Assembly (NCBI GenBank): GCA_038230375.1
Contig: JBBRNJ010000099.1
Location: 1 to 30,648, forward strand
Length of the DNA: 30,648 nt
DNA from: Polyangiales bacterium
GTDB lineage: Bacteria; Myxococcota_A; Polyangia; Polyangiales; Polyangiaceae
Direction of reading: 5' to 3'
Below are positions 1 through 8,869 of the stretch, one piece after another; position 1 is the first letter of the stretch, and each line of letters starts with the position of its first letter. The translations under genes and the position numbers were made by a program. The notes under the pieces were generated by a model. It did no database searches. It saw only the letters and a list, made by a program, of their open reading frames with translations, and was not told the origin of the DNA.

Positions 1-136
1 TGAAGCGAACGAGCGACGCTTGGCGTCTGTTGCTCGCTGCCGCCAGTGGTCCCCGGATACGCCGGGTATTGTCCCGTTGCCACGGCGCGATTGATGCGTA
101 GATTCGCGCCTGGGACGGCGACATCCCGCAGTAGTG
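1..136 (-). mobile_element. End of an insertion sequence (probable IS701 family, probable left end), extending off the window
   Basis: 119-136 CGACATCCCGCAGTAGTG is the exact reverse complement of 30509-30526. It is flanked by TTAG (137-140), which fits the YTAR target preference of IS701. Internal sequence differs from the copy at 30509, suggesting the opposite end. Confidence 0.7.
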
Positions 137-352
137 TTAGCGAGCGAACGCAACAACGCCCAGGGGTCACGACGTCGACGAGACGACGTTGCCCGTTCAT
201 GCGAGTTGGGCCCGATGTGATGCAGTCCGACACGGTCATCTCGGTCTCCTGCGATGCTGCCTTCACGATAGCCTTGGACGCGCACATCGCCGCGCGTCGC
301 CTCCGCGTGCGTCGCGGGGCCGACACGTTGGCGCCGACGAAAGGAAACGTAG

Positions 353-1531
353 ATGACCACGAAGATCCAGGGGCTCTCGACTCGCTGCATTCACGCAGGG
401 GACACGCGCGATCCGCACGGCGCGATTCACACGCCGCTCTACAGCCACTCCACGTTCGCCTTTCCCAACACGGCAGGCGTCCTGGACGTCGTCGAGGGTC
501 GCGTGAGCGGCAGCCTCTACACGCGCTACGGCATGAACCCCACGATTCGCTCGATCGAGGAGAAGCTCGCGAGCGTGGAGGGAGGCGAGGCGGCGTGGGT
601 CTTCAGCTCGGGCATGGCTGCGGAGTCGGCAACGTTCCTTTCGTACTGCAAGGCGGGCGACCACATCGTCTGTATCGGCGATGTTTATGGAGGGACGTTC
701 GAGCTGCTCGGGCAGAACCTGCCCGCGATCGGGATCAGCACGACCTTTCTGCTCGGCAAGGACGTGGCGCAGCTGGAGGCCGCCATGAAGCCCAACACGC
801 GCATCGTGTTCTTCGAGACCCCAGCGAACCCCACGATGGAGGTGTTCGACATCCAGGCGATCGCGTCGGTCGCGCGAAAGCACGGCGCGCTCACCGTCGT
901 CGACAACACGTTCGCGACTCCTGTGAACCAGAGCCCGCTCACCCTTGGCGCGGACCTGGTAATTCACAGCACTACGAAATATCTGGGAGGCCACAGCGAC
1001 CTCACCGGAGGCGTCGTCATTGGTCCCGCAGAGCTGCTGAAGCCCATCTGGATGTGGCGCAAGAACCTGGGCCAGATGATGGCACCAGAGATCGCGCACC
1101 TGCTCGCGCGCAGCCTCCGGACCCTCGTCGTTCGGGTCAAAGCACACAACGCGAGCGCGGGTGTCCTCGCGGAGCGATTGCTCCCTCATCCGCGCGTCCA
1201 GCAGGTCAACTACCCAGGTCTTCCAGGGCATCCGCAGCACGAGCTCTCGAAGCGCCAGATGCGCGGCTTCGGCGGGATGCTCAGCTTCGTGGTCCGCGGC
1301 GACGCGAAGGCCACGGCCACTGTCGTCGACAGGCTCGAGCTCTTCTCGATCGCGCCCAGTCTCGGTGGCGTCGAGAGCCTGGTCACGCAGCCCGTGACGA
1401 CCACGCACCACGGTCTCACGCCCGAGGACCGTGCGCGTCGCGGCATTGTCGACGGCCTGGTCCGCGTGTCCGTGGGGCTCGAGGACGTCGAAGATCTCTG
1501 GGCGGACCTGTCGCACGCGCTGGAAGTGTGA
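353..1531 (+). CDS. Cys/Met metabolism PLP-dependent enzyme (cystathionine gamma-synthase/lyase, methionine gamma-lyase family)
   Basis: 392 aa; motifs YTRYGMNPT, FSSGMAA, FETPANP, VDNTFA, HSTTKYLGGHSD (PLP lysine), SLGGVESL, RVSVGLE; AAGGAA RBS upstream. Confidence 0.95.
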   Translation: MTTKIQGLSTRCIHAGDTRDPHGAIHTPLYSHSTFAFPNTAGVLDVVEGRVSGSLYTRYGMNPTIRSIEEKLASVEGGEAAWVFSSGMAAESATFLSYCKAGDHIVCIGDVYGGTFELLGQNLPAIGISTTFLLGKDVAQLEAAMKPNTRIVFFETPANPTMEVFDIQAIASVARKHGALTVVDNTFATPVNQSPLTLGADLVIHSTTKYLGGHSDLTGGVVIGPAELLKPIWMWRKNLGQMMAPEIAHLLARSLRTLVVRVKAHNASAGVLAERLLPHPRVQQVNYPGLPGHPQHELSKRQMRGFGGMLSFVVRGDAKATATVVDRLELFSIAPSLGGVESLVTQPVTTTHHGLTPEDRARRGIVDGLVRVSVGLEDVEDLWADLSHALEV

Positions 1532-1550
1532 CCGCGCTCCGAGGCCGAGC

Positions 1551-2924
1551 TCAGTTCTCGTCCAGCAGCGCCTGCAGCTCCGCCTCGATGTGATCGAGCT
1601 CGCCGTCCCCGAGGCCCTCGTGCCGGAAGCGGACCACGCCCTTGCGATCGATGAGGACCTCCGTGGGCATCGCGGTGACCTTGAACGCCCTTGCGGCCTT
1701 CTGGTCGGTGTCCACCGCGATGGGGAACATCGCGCCGGTCTCCTTCAGGAACGCCGGCACCACCGACTCCGGAGACTCGTCCTCAGACACGCCAAGGACG
1801 ACGAGCCCTCGCGCCTGGTATTTCTCCGACAGCGCCTGAAGCCTGGGAAAGGATGCCTTGCAGGGCCGGCAGAACGTGGCCCAGAAGTCGATGAGGACCA
1901 CCTTGCCCCGATGCGTCGACGGCGTGACCGTGCCGCCGCGCGTGGAGAACATGGTGAGCTCCACTTCGGGCACGGAGAGCCCGCCACCGAACAGGCGCGG
2001 CGCTGCGAGCACGGGTGCCGCGCTGGACACAGCGGTCGGTGCCGCGCCCTGGTTGACGTTCCAGTCGTAGTCGAGGAAGACGATCGCGTAGCCCCGCGTC
2101 CGCGCTGCACGGAGGCGCGTGGCGAGCGGGTCCTTTGCATAAAGCAGTACGAAATCCAGCACCGTGGGCTGCGCAACGCTTCCGTGAGCCCGGGCGAACG
2201 CCACGAAGTCGTCGGTGTACCACTCGAAGATCTTCGACATGCGGATCTGCCGCGTGGCTTCGTCCACCCCCACGCTCTTGCCGTCGTTCACGAACTGCGT
2301 GGATGCTTCCTCGAGCTGGCGCGAAAGCCCGGCGGCGTCGAACGCGTCCTTGCGGAGCAGCGGGCAGGACGCCGAGCCGCAGTTGATCGCAAAGTGGATG
2401 CGGGCGTCGTTGAACTGCGCGCGGATGATCTTGTTCTCGACGTCGTAGAGGTTCATCTTCTGGCCGCCGATCTGGAACTCCACGTCGTAGAAGAAGCCCT
2501 TGCCGGTGCTGAGGTAGCTGCCGGCGTTGATCTTCACGTCCGTCACGGAGGCGAGCGGCCAGCGGCGCAGGATCTCACGCAGCACCAGCGCGTTGTAGAG
2601 GTTCATCCAGAAGGCGAGCCGATCAGGCTGCGCGGGGAAGAGCTCCGGTCGCGTCTCCGGCGTCGCGTGCGTGAGGATGGACAGATAGGCGTCCAGCCTG
2701 CGCACGTCGGTCGCGCTGTCCTTCCAGCGCTCGTAGTCCACCTTGCCGTCGTCGCTGACGTACGTATGGAGGAGCGCCTGGTACTCCTGGTGCGAGATCT
2801 CGGTCACCGGAGCGTCTGGCGCCGCGAACGTCTGGAGCATGCGTCCAGAGAGACCTAGCGCGCAGGCCACCGCGACGAGCGCGAGGCCCACGCCGGCAAG
2901 CGCCCGCTTCGTCCGGCGTGTCAT
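1551..2924 (-). CDS. Exported DUF547 domain protein fused to a C-terminal TlpA/ResA-like thioredoxin
   Basis: Start re-called at ATG 2924 (ATGA overlap with the upstream stop). Hydrophobic N-terminal signal/anchor; DUF547 motifs AFWMNLYNA, DARIHFAINCGSASCP, SKIFEWYxxDF, YDWNVN; thioredoxin motif VVLIDFWATFCRPC. Confidence 0.88.
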   Translation of the reverse strand: MTRRTKRALAGVGLALVAVACALGLSGRMLQTFAAPDAPVTEISHQEYQALLHTYVSDDGKVDYERWKDSATDVRRLDAYLSILTHATPETRPELFPAQPDRLAFWMNLYNALVLREILRRWPLASVTDVKINAGSYLSTGKGFFYDVEFQIGGQKMNLYDVENKIIRAQFNDARIHFAINCGSASCPLLRKDAFDAAGLSRQLEEASTQFVNDGKSVGVDEATRQIRMSKIFEWYTDDFVAFARAHGSVAQPTVLDFVLLYAKDPLATRLRAARTRGYAIVFLDYDWNVNQGAAPTAVSSAAPVLAAPRLFGGGLSVPEVELTMFSTRGGTVTPSTHRGKVVLIDFWATFCRPCKASFPRLQALSEKYQARGLVVLGVSEDESPESVVPAFLKETGAMFPIAVDTDQKAARAFKVTAMPTEVLIDRKGVVRFRHEGLGDGELDHIEAELQALLDEN

Positions 2925-4732
2925 GCGCGCGTCTCCGCCGGGGCATCGCCAGAGCGCTCCAGGATCCACGCGCCGTACTTCACGTGGCCCGCGCGGAGTG
3001 TCTGCTCCGCCTCGCGAACCAGGATGCGGCTCTCCTTCACGTCCAAGTTCACATCCGCGGGCAGCGCACCCGCCGCGCGGGCAAGGGCGACGCCGACCAG
3101 CTTTCGCTTGATGTCCGAGATCATCCTGGCCAGGTGCAGGCTCTCGTCGCGCGTCTCCACAACGGTGAATCCCGCGTCCGCAAAGAGCTCCTGCCATCCG
3201 ATCATCGTGCGCGCGCCCGCCAGACATGCGCCCGCATGTGCGTAGGGCCGGAGCAGCTCCGGGATGGGTCCATCCACGACCATGTCGCTGACGACCACGC
3301 GGCCGCCGTGGGCAAGCACGCGCCGGATCTCGGACAGCGCCTGGCGCTGGTCCGCGAACGTACTTACAGCGCACTCGCACAGCATCGACCGGAACGCGCC
3401 GTCCGCGAACGGGATCGCATGCGCGTCCCCGCGCATCACGGAGACGCAGGTATCGTCCACGGGTGTGCCGCCCGCGTCCAGGCCAGTGCCGCGTATACCC
3501 CAGCGGTCGGCGAGCGCGCGCAGGCTGGTGCCGCGCCCGCATGCAACGTCGAGGACCGCGTCGCCCTCCGTGAGGTGCAGATGCTCCGCGAGGGAGAGGG
3601 TGAGCTCGGTGCCACCAGGGTGCAGCGAATCGCCCAGCAGGAAGCGAACCTCCGGGCGCTCGTAGAAGGCGGCGCAGCACGATGCGTCGTCTCCGCTTCC
3701 GCAACGAAAGGCGTAGCGATGTACCGGCACGGGTCGGGCCGGCTCGAACGACGAGACCGCGCTCCAGGTCACCTCCGCGCCGATGGCCGCGCCGCGCAAT
3801 GCAGCGCGCACCGCGCTCTCGAGCTCGGCTGGGGCGATCGCGGCGCGCGCGTTGACGAGCAGTCGCAGCGTGGTCGACTCTGCCTGAAGCGCTCCGAGGT
3901 CGAGCGAGGGCTCCCCACCTTGGCGGACCAGCGCGGCGGTACCACCCGCGGGCTCCACGACGGCGAGCTTCACATGCGCAACCGGGAGCGAGCGAAGGGC
4001 ACCCAAAAGGTCCAGCACGACGGCGCGTGGCGCGAACGGATGCGACGACGTGATGCACACGCGTGCATTCAGCCAGCCCAGCGCCGCTTCCGCGGCGGCA
4101 TAGCGGTCGTAGTCGAGGACCAGCGGCGCAGCGGGTTTCGCCGGACGGGCCGCGAGCCATGCGGCGGCTCCGGCGCCCGTCTTGCCCGAGAAGGAGACCA
4201 ACGCCGCGTCGCCGTTGAGCGTGCGCAAGGTTTTCGTCACGTCGGGGGGGCCCCCGTCCGCGCGCGATACCACCAGCACGTCCGCCTCCTCGATCTGCTT
4301 GCGAAAGAGGTAAGCCACATCTTCGGTGAACGCGCCCGCCGCGATGTCACGCACCCGCCATGGATCCACGACCACGCTGAGCGGTCCCATCTGGAAGCGG
4401 CCGGTGCGGCGGTCGCAGAGCGGCGAGAGTACGGTCGCCACGAGGTCGGTGCAGCTGCCCACGGCCTCGGTGATGGCGACGCTGATGCCCGCGTCCGCGG
4501 CCTCGTCCAGCGCGGATTCGAGCTCCGTATAGCGGCAACAGAAGCAGCCGCCGCCGATCTCGCGCACCAGCGTCGCGCTCGCGCGCACGGCCTCCGTGTC
4601 GACCAGCGTGTGCCCCTGGTCGTTCGTGATGACTGCGACGCGCTCTCCACGCTCTCGCAGGTGCTCCGCGAGGCAGCGGATCGCAGTGGTCTTGCCGGCC
4701 CCAAGGAACCCGCCGACGACCAGAACCTTCAT
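2921..4732 (-). CDS. COG0523/CobW-family G3E GTPase fused to a class I SAM-dependent methyltransferase
   Basis: Start re-called at ATG 4732. GGFLGAGKTT Walker A, ITNDQG, GGCFCC (CxCC metal motif), EAVGSCTDL; C-terminal half has CCAAFY...LHPGG, VLDVACGRG (SAM motif I), GDAHAIPF, EIRRVLAHGG. Confidence 0.88.
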   Translation of the reverse strand: MKVLVVGGFLGAGKTTAIRCLAEHLRERGERVAVITNDQGHTLVDTEAVRASATLVREIGGGCFCCRYTELESALDEAADAGISVAITEAVGSCTDLVATVLSPLCDRRTGRFQMGPLSVVVDPWRVRDIAAGAFTEDVAYLFRKQIEEADVLVVSRADGGPPDVTKTLRTLNGDAALVSFSGKTGAGAAAWLAARPAKPAAPLVLDYDRYAAAEAALGWLNARVCITSSHPFAPRAVVLDLLGALRSLPVAHVKLAVVEPAGGTAALVRQGGEPSLDLGALQAESTTLRLLVNARAAIAPAELESAVRAALRGAAIGAEVTWSAVSSFEPARPVPVHRYAFRCGSGDDASCCAAFYERPEVRFLLGDSLHPGGTELTLSLAEHLHLTEGDAVLDVACGRGTSLRALADRWGIRGTGLDAGGTPVDDTCVSVMRGDAHAIPFADGAFRSMLCECAVSTFADQRQALSEIRRVLAHGGRVVVSDMVVDGPIPELLRPYAHAGACLAGARTMIGWQELFADAGFTVVETRDESLHLARMISDIKRKLVGVALARAAGALPADVNLDVKESRILVREAEQTLRAGHVKYGAWILERSGDAPAETRA

Positions 4733-4748
4733 CGTGGTGCCCGTGCGC

Positions 4749-6086
4749 TCACGCAAGGCCTCGCGGGCGGCGGAGCGCGTTGTACTCGCAGAGCGACACG
4801 GGCTCGCCGCTGCGATCCACCACGTGCACGCAGCACTTGTCCACGCGGTCCTGATCGTACGTGTTCGCATCCATGAAAGGCTTGATGCCGACCAGGAAGA
4901 AGTTCTTGTAGTCGCGCCAGTCGGTGTCGTCATCGGCGGCGGCCAGGAGATCGAGCAGCTCATCGAGCATGGAGTCCTCCGCGAGGATGTCCACCAGGTT
5001 CTGCGGCATGCGGTCGGTGAAGCGCGCGATTCGGCTCGCCACGTCCGGCTCCTGCCACGTCTCGAACCGAGGGAAGTAGCGCGACACGGGGACCACCTTG
5101 CCGTCCTTCATCATGCCCACGGCCATCGCGAAGCAGTTCGGGCTGGAGCAGGGGAGGGGACCGAAGTCCTCCTTCGTGAAGAGGCCGTCCGTCTGCTTCT
5201 CGACCTCCGCGGCAAGCTCGCCGACGGTGAGCCTTCGCGACGCGCGCTCGTGCTCGTAGCGGCCCGAGTGGAACGCGGGTTGAAGGATGACCGTGTTCAT
5301 CCGCGGGTGGTGCTGCAACGCGGTCTTGATGATGGCGCCAACCTCGTCCAGGTTGATGCCGCGGGTCACGGTCATCACGGGCAGCACGTAGAGATCGTTC
5401 GCCAGCGCGTTCTCGATCGCGCGACGCTTCACCTCTGCAAGGCCGCGACGCCCACGGATCAGCGTACTGGTCTCGTCGCGCTGGCCGTCCAGCTGGAGGT
5501 ACAGCTGGAGCCTGCCGTCCTTGCCGCCGAGCGCGCCCAGACGCTCCGCGAACGCAGGCTCCTTCGCGAGACGAATGCCGTTGGTGTTCACGTAGACGCG
5601 CTCGAGACCGCGCGCGAAGCACGCCGCGATCATCGCCTCCAGCTCTGGATGGATCGTGGGCTCGCCGCCAGAGAGCTGGATGATGTCAGCGTCCTTCCGT
5701 CCCTGCGCGAGCAGCCGGTCCAGCTGCGCCTCGAACTCCAGCAGGCTCATCGAGCGGGTCTCGTGCGGCGACGACCCGGCGAAGCAGGTTGGACAGGTCA
5801 GGTTGCAGCGGTCCGTGATCTCGAAGATGAGTGTGCAGCTGTGGCCGAGCGTACAGCCGTCGCCGCAAGCCTTGCCTGCGCCCTCCGCGCCGTCGGCCCA
5901 GTAGAACGCCGCGTCTCCGGCGATCAGCACCTCCTGATCGCCGTGATCTGGGCAGGTCTTCTTCATGAAGACCTCGCCGCCGCGCTCGTAGACCTCCGCG
6001 GGCACCTTCATGAGGCACTCCGCGCACACGGAAACCGTGCGCTTCAGGCGCCGTGGCGCGGAGACGAGTGAGGGGGCGGTGCTCAT
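4749..6086 (-). CDS. Radical SAM protein of the MJ0619/tetraether synthase (Tes)/TrsS-like (COG1964) family
   Basis: Start re-called at ATG 6086. N-terminal CAEC...CPDHG rubredoxin-like module, CNLTCPTC radical SAM motif, LSGGEPT, YLQLDG, C-terminal PCSSPNC and FMDANTYDQDRVDKCCVH...LCEYN. Confidence 0.88.
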   Translation of the reverse strand: MSTAPSLVSAPRRLKRTVSVCAECLMKVPAEVYERGGEVFMKKTCPDHGDQEVLIAGDAAFYWADGAEGAGKACGDGCTLGHSCTLIFEITDRCNLTCPTCFAGSSPHETRSMSLLEFEAQLDRLLAQGRKDADIIQLSGGEPTIHPELEAMIAACFARGLERVYVNTNGIRLAKEPAFAERLGALGGKDGRLQLYLQLDGQRDETSTLIRGRRGLAEVKRRAIENALANDLYVLPVMTVTRGINLDEVGAIIKTALQHHPRMNTVILQPAFHSGRYEHERASRRLTVGELAAEVEKQTDGLFTKEDFGPLPCSSPNCFAMAVGMMKDGKVVPVSRYFPRFETWQEPDVASRIARFTDRMPQNLVDILAEDSMLDELLDLLAAADDDTDWRDYKNFFLVGIKPFMDANTYDQDRVDKCCVHVVDRSGEPVSLCEYNALRRPRGLA

Positions 6087-6290
6087 GCCGGGACAGTCGA
6101 GAGGTAGCACGGGCCGTGCGGCCGACGGTGGTACGGCCCGACTCGCGCGAAGGTTACGAAAATAGATAGCGAGCGGTGTGCTCGCACGCAACCGCTGGAG
6201 CGTTCGCGCGGAAGGAACGCAGACGCTTGTCACATCGCCGGATGCCCATTTCAGCCGGCGCGTGACGGAGGTTCGAGCTACCGTGGACCC

Positions 6291-6827
6291 ATGACCGCGA
6301 CGCGGACGATTGCAGGCGTGGCCGTCCTCCTGGCAGCGATGGCCACGTCCCGTTCCGCGCGCGCGGATCTCGCCAACAACGAGCTGATTCACGAGCACGT
6401 CGATGCTGTCACCAGAAACGTCGATCGCGCGTCGCTCGATCCTGTCGCCACACGGGCGTTGATGGCGGATCGGCTCACGCTGAGCCTTGGCGTCCTCGCA
6501 CCGGGATATGGGTCGTACGTCCTGGACCGCAAGGTGTTCGGAAGCCTTCGCCCGGCCGCGGTGGTGTGCGACTGGATCCTTGGCGGATTCGTTCCGGCCG
6601 GGCTTGGAGTCGCTGCGCTCGCTGGCGGCGGTGCCCTGTCGCCGAGCACACGATCGATCCTTGGCTTCACGGCGCTTGGCCTCTACGGGGCGACCCGCAT
6701 CGGCGTGTTGGTCGTGGGGAACCTCCACATCAGCGAGTACAACCACGAGGTGGAGTTGCGCCTGGGAGTCGCTCCTGCCGCGGGGGGCGAGCTCGCGCCG
6801 GCGCTCGTTGCGAGCGAGAGCTGGTAG
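6291..6827 (+). CDS. Hypothetical exported/membrane protein
   Basis: 178 aa; signal peptide ending ARA-D, internal hydrophobic helices, terminal aromatic residue; divergent from the radical SAM gene. Confidence 0.65.
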   Translation: MTATRTIAGVAVLLAAMATSRSARADLANNELIHEHVDAVTRNVDRASLDPVATRALMADRLTLSLGVLAPGYGSYVLDRKVFGSLRPAAVVCDWILGGFVPAGLGVAALAGGGALSPSTRSILGFTALGLYGATRIGVLVVGNLHISEYNHEVELRLGVAPAAGGELAPALVASESW

Positions 6828-6863
6828 GAGCGTGAACCCTCGCGAGAGGCTAACATCCGGCTC

Positions 6864-8774
6864 ATGGAAAAGAGCGAGACGGATGCCATCTCGGCAGGTG
6901 CTTTCACCGACGAGACGATGGTCGCGCCCATCGAAGGCCTCAGCAGTCCGCCGGTGGCGCTGACGGGGCAGAGCTTCGAACAGCGCTACGAGTCACGCGC
7001 ACGCCTTGGCGAAGGAGGAATGGGCGAAGTGCTCGTCTACCGCGATCGCGTCATCGGGCGTGAGATCGCCATCAAGAAGATTCGCGGCGGCCTCCCCGTG
7101 GACGCGAGCCACGAAGCCCGCTTCCTCCGCGAGGCACGCGTCCAGGGCCAGCTCGAACATCCCGCGATTGTGCCCGTATACGACATGGGTCGAGACCGTG
7201 ACGGCGCCGCGTACTTCGGCATGAAGCGCGTACGCGGTCTGACCCTGCAGCAGATGATCGCGGAGCTTCCTACGGCCGGTCCGCGTCTGGCGTTGCCCGC
7301 TCGGCGCCGGCTGATCACTGCCTTCTCCACGGTGTGCCTGGCGGTGGACTTCGCGCACAAGCGTGGTGTCTTGCACCGCGATCTGAAGCCGAGCAACATC
7401 ATGCTCGGAGACTTCGGCGAGGTGTACGTGCTCGATTGGGGCATCGCCAAGGTGCGCGGGTCCGATGACAATGTTCCGCCGAACGTCGCAGGGAGCGCGC
7501 CAACACTCGGCGACCCGGCCTCCGATCCGTCGGCGAGGACCATTGACGGCGTCACGCTCGGCACTGCGGGATACATGTCCCCCGAGCAAGTCAGCTGCGA
7601 TCGGCTCGACGAACGATCGGACGTGTATTGCCTGGGCGTGATGCTCTTCGAGGTGCTCGCGCTCGAGCCGCTCCACAAGGGCGAGACGTTGCGCCACCTC
7701 CTTACGTCCACGCTTCGCGGCTCTGATGCGCGCCCCTCGTCGCGCCCGCTCGGCGGCGACGTGCCTCCAGAGCTCGACGCGATATGCGTCAAGGCAACGG
7801 CGCTCGAGCCGAAGGAGCGCTTCGCGACGGCGCGAGAGCTGCACGATTCGATCGAGGCCTACCTCGCCGGCGATCGCGATCTCGCACGCCGCCGCGAGCT
7901 CGCAGACGGCCACGCCAGATCGGCGGCCGAGGCGGTGGAGCGAGCTCGCAGCACCGACGGGCCGGCGGACGATCGGAGTCGGGCCATGAGCGACGTCGGG
8001 CGCGCTCTGGCGCTCGACCCGCAGAACTTGCTCGCGTTGAAGTCCCTCGTCGAGCTGGTCACGCAACCTCCACGCGTGCTCCCGAACGAGGCACAAGAGG
8101 AGCTCGCAGCGGCGGGTCAGCGCACGGCCGCCGTGTTCGCGCGCTCTGGGCCCCTTGGAGTCGCCGGCGTCGCGCTGTGCATGCCGCTCTTTTTTTGGCA
8201 GGGAGTGAAGAGCTGGCCGGCGCTCCTGGTGTTGGTCGCGCTATGGGCCGCGCTCGGGTGGGCGCGGCGCTCCAAGCGCGGTACGCTCGCCGACGGCACG
8301 CTCCCGATCCATATTCCAGTCATCGGTTTTTCTGCGGCTGCAGCAACGTCGATGCTCTTCGGCCCGTTCGTGCTCGTGCCGGTCGTCGCGATGGTGCTGG
8401 CGGTGAACGCGGCGATGGCGCCGGGCCGCTCACGCCGCGCGCTCATCACCGCTCTCGCGCTAGCCTCTTTCGTCGTCCCGTGGATTCTTCAGCTCGCGGG
8501 GATCGCGCCACGCGTGCTCTCCATGGCCGGCGACCCTCTGACCGCGCCGTCTTTGCTGTTCGACGTTCGAGACCTGCCCACCCATGTCGCGCTGCTCGCC
8601 ACCAACGTGACGGTGCTCCTGGTCGGAATCACGATCGCCTTTCGCCTCCGCCAGCGCCTCTACGAAGCGGAGCACGCGACGGTGCTCCAATCGTGGCAAC
8701 TTCGCCAGCTCATCCCGCAGGAGGCCCGTGCCGTGGCATACCCCGCGCAGGGAGATTTTCCGCGCGACCGATAG
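6864..8774 (+). CDS. Hanks-type Ser/Thr protein kinase with C-terminal multi-pass membrane region
   Basis: LGEGGMGEV, IAIKK, HRDLKPSN, DWG, GTAGYMSPEQ, SDVYCLG; several hydrophobic helices in the C-terminal third. Confidence 0.93.
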   Translation: MEKSETDAISAGAFTDETMVAPIEGLSSPPVALTGQSFEQRYESRARLGEGGMGEVLVYRDRVIGREIAIKKIRGGLPVDASHEARFLREARVQGQLEHPAIVPVYDMGRDRDGAAYFGMKRVRGLTLQQMIAELPTAGPRLALPARRRLITAFSTVCLAVDFAHKRGVLHRDLKPSNIMLGDFGEVYVLDWGIAKVRGSDDNVPPNVAGSAPTLGDPASDPSARTIDGVTLGTAGYMSPEQVSCDRLDERSDVYCLGVMLFEVLALEPLHKGETLRHLLTSTLRGSDARPSSRPLGGDVPPELDAICVKATALEPKERFATARELHDSIEAYLAGDRDLARRRELADGHARSAAEAVERARSTDGPADDRSRAMSDVGRALALDPQNLLALKSLVELVTQPPRVLPNEAQEELAAAGQRTAAVFARSGPLGVAGVALCMPLFFWQGVKSWPALLVLVALWAALGWARRSKRGTLADGTLPIHIPVIGFSAAAATSMLFGPFVLVPVVAMVLAVNAAMAPGRSRRALITALALASFVVPWILQLAGIAPRVLSMAGDPLTAPSLLFDVRDLPTHVALLATNVTVLLVGITIAFRLRQRLYEAEHATVLQSWQLRQLIPQEARAVAYPAQGDFPRDR

Positions 8775-8838
8775 GAGGAATTCCCAGTCGCTCGCTCCCA
8801 TTCCCTTGCGGGCCCCCCGAAACCCAGCGTCGTCCCGA

Positions 8839-8854
8839 TGGCGTGGGTGTTGCA
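8839..8854 (+). promoter_or_regulatory. Candidate sigma-54 (-24/-12) promoter of the efflux operon
   Basis: TGGCGTGGGTGTTGCA has GG-N10-GC spacing and resembles TGGCAC-N5-TTGCA; it ends 15 bp before the TolC ATG. Confidence 0.45.
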
Positions 8855-8869
8855 GCTGGGGCGCGGCGA

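Noticed and set aside
137..240. Possible short minus-strand ORF (MTVSDCITSG...) with an AGGAG RBS, cut by the left IS
   Set aside because: Too short and without a recognisable motif.
4749..6086. Selenocysteine recoding, since TrsS-like relatives can be selenoproteins
   Set aside because: No in-frame TGA at a Cys position; the ORF is open and its terminal TGA follows the complete C-terminal motif.
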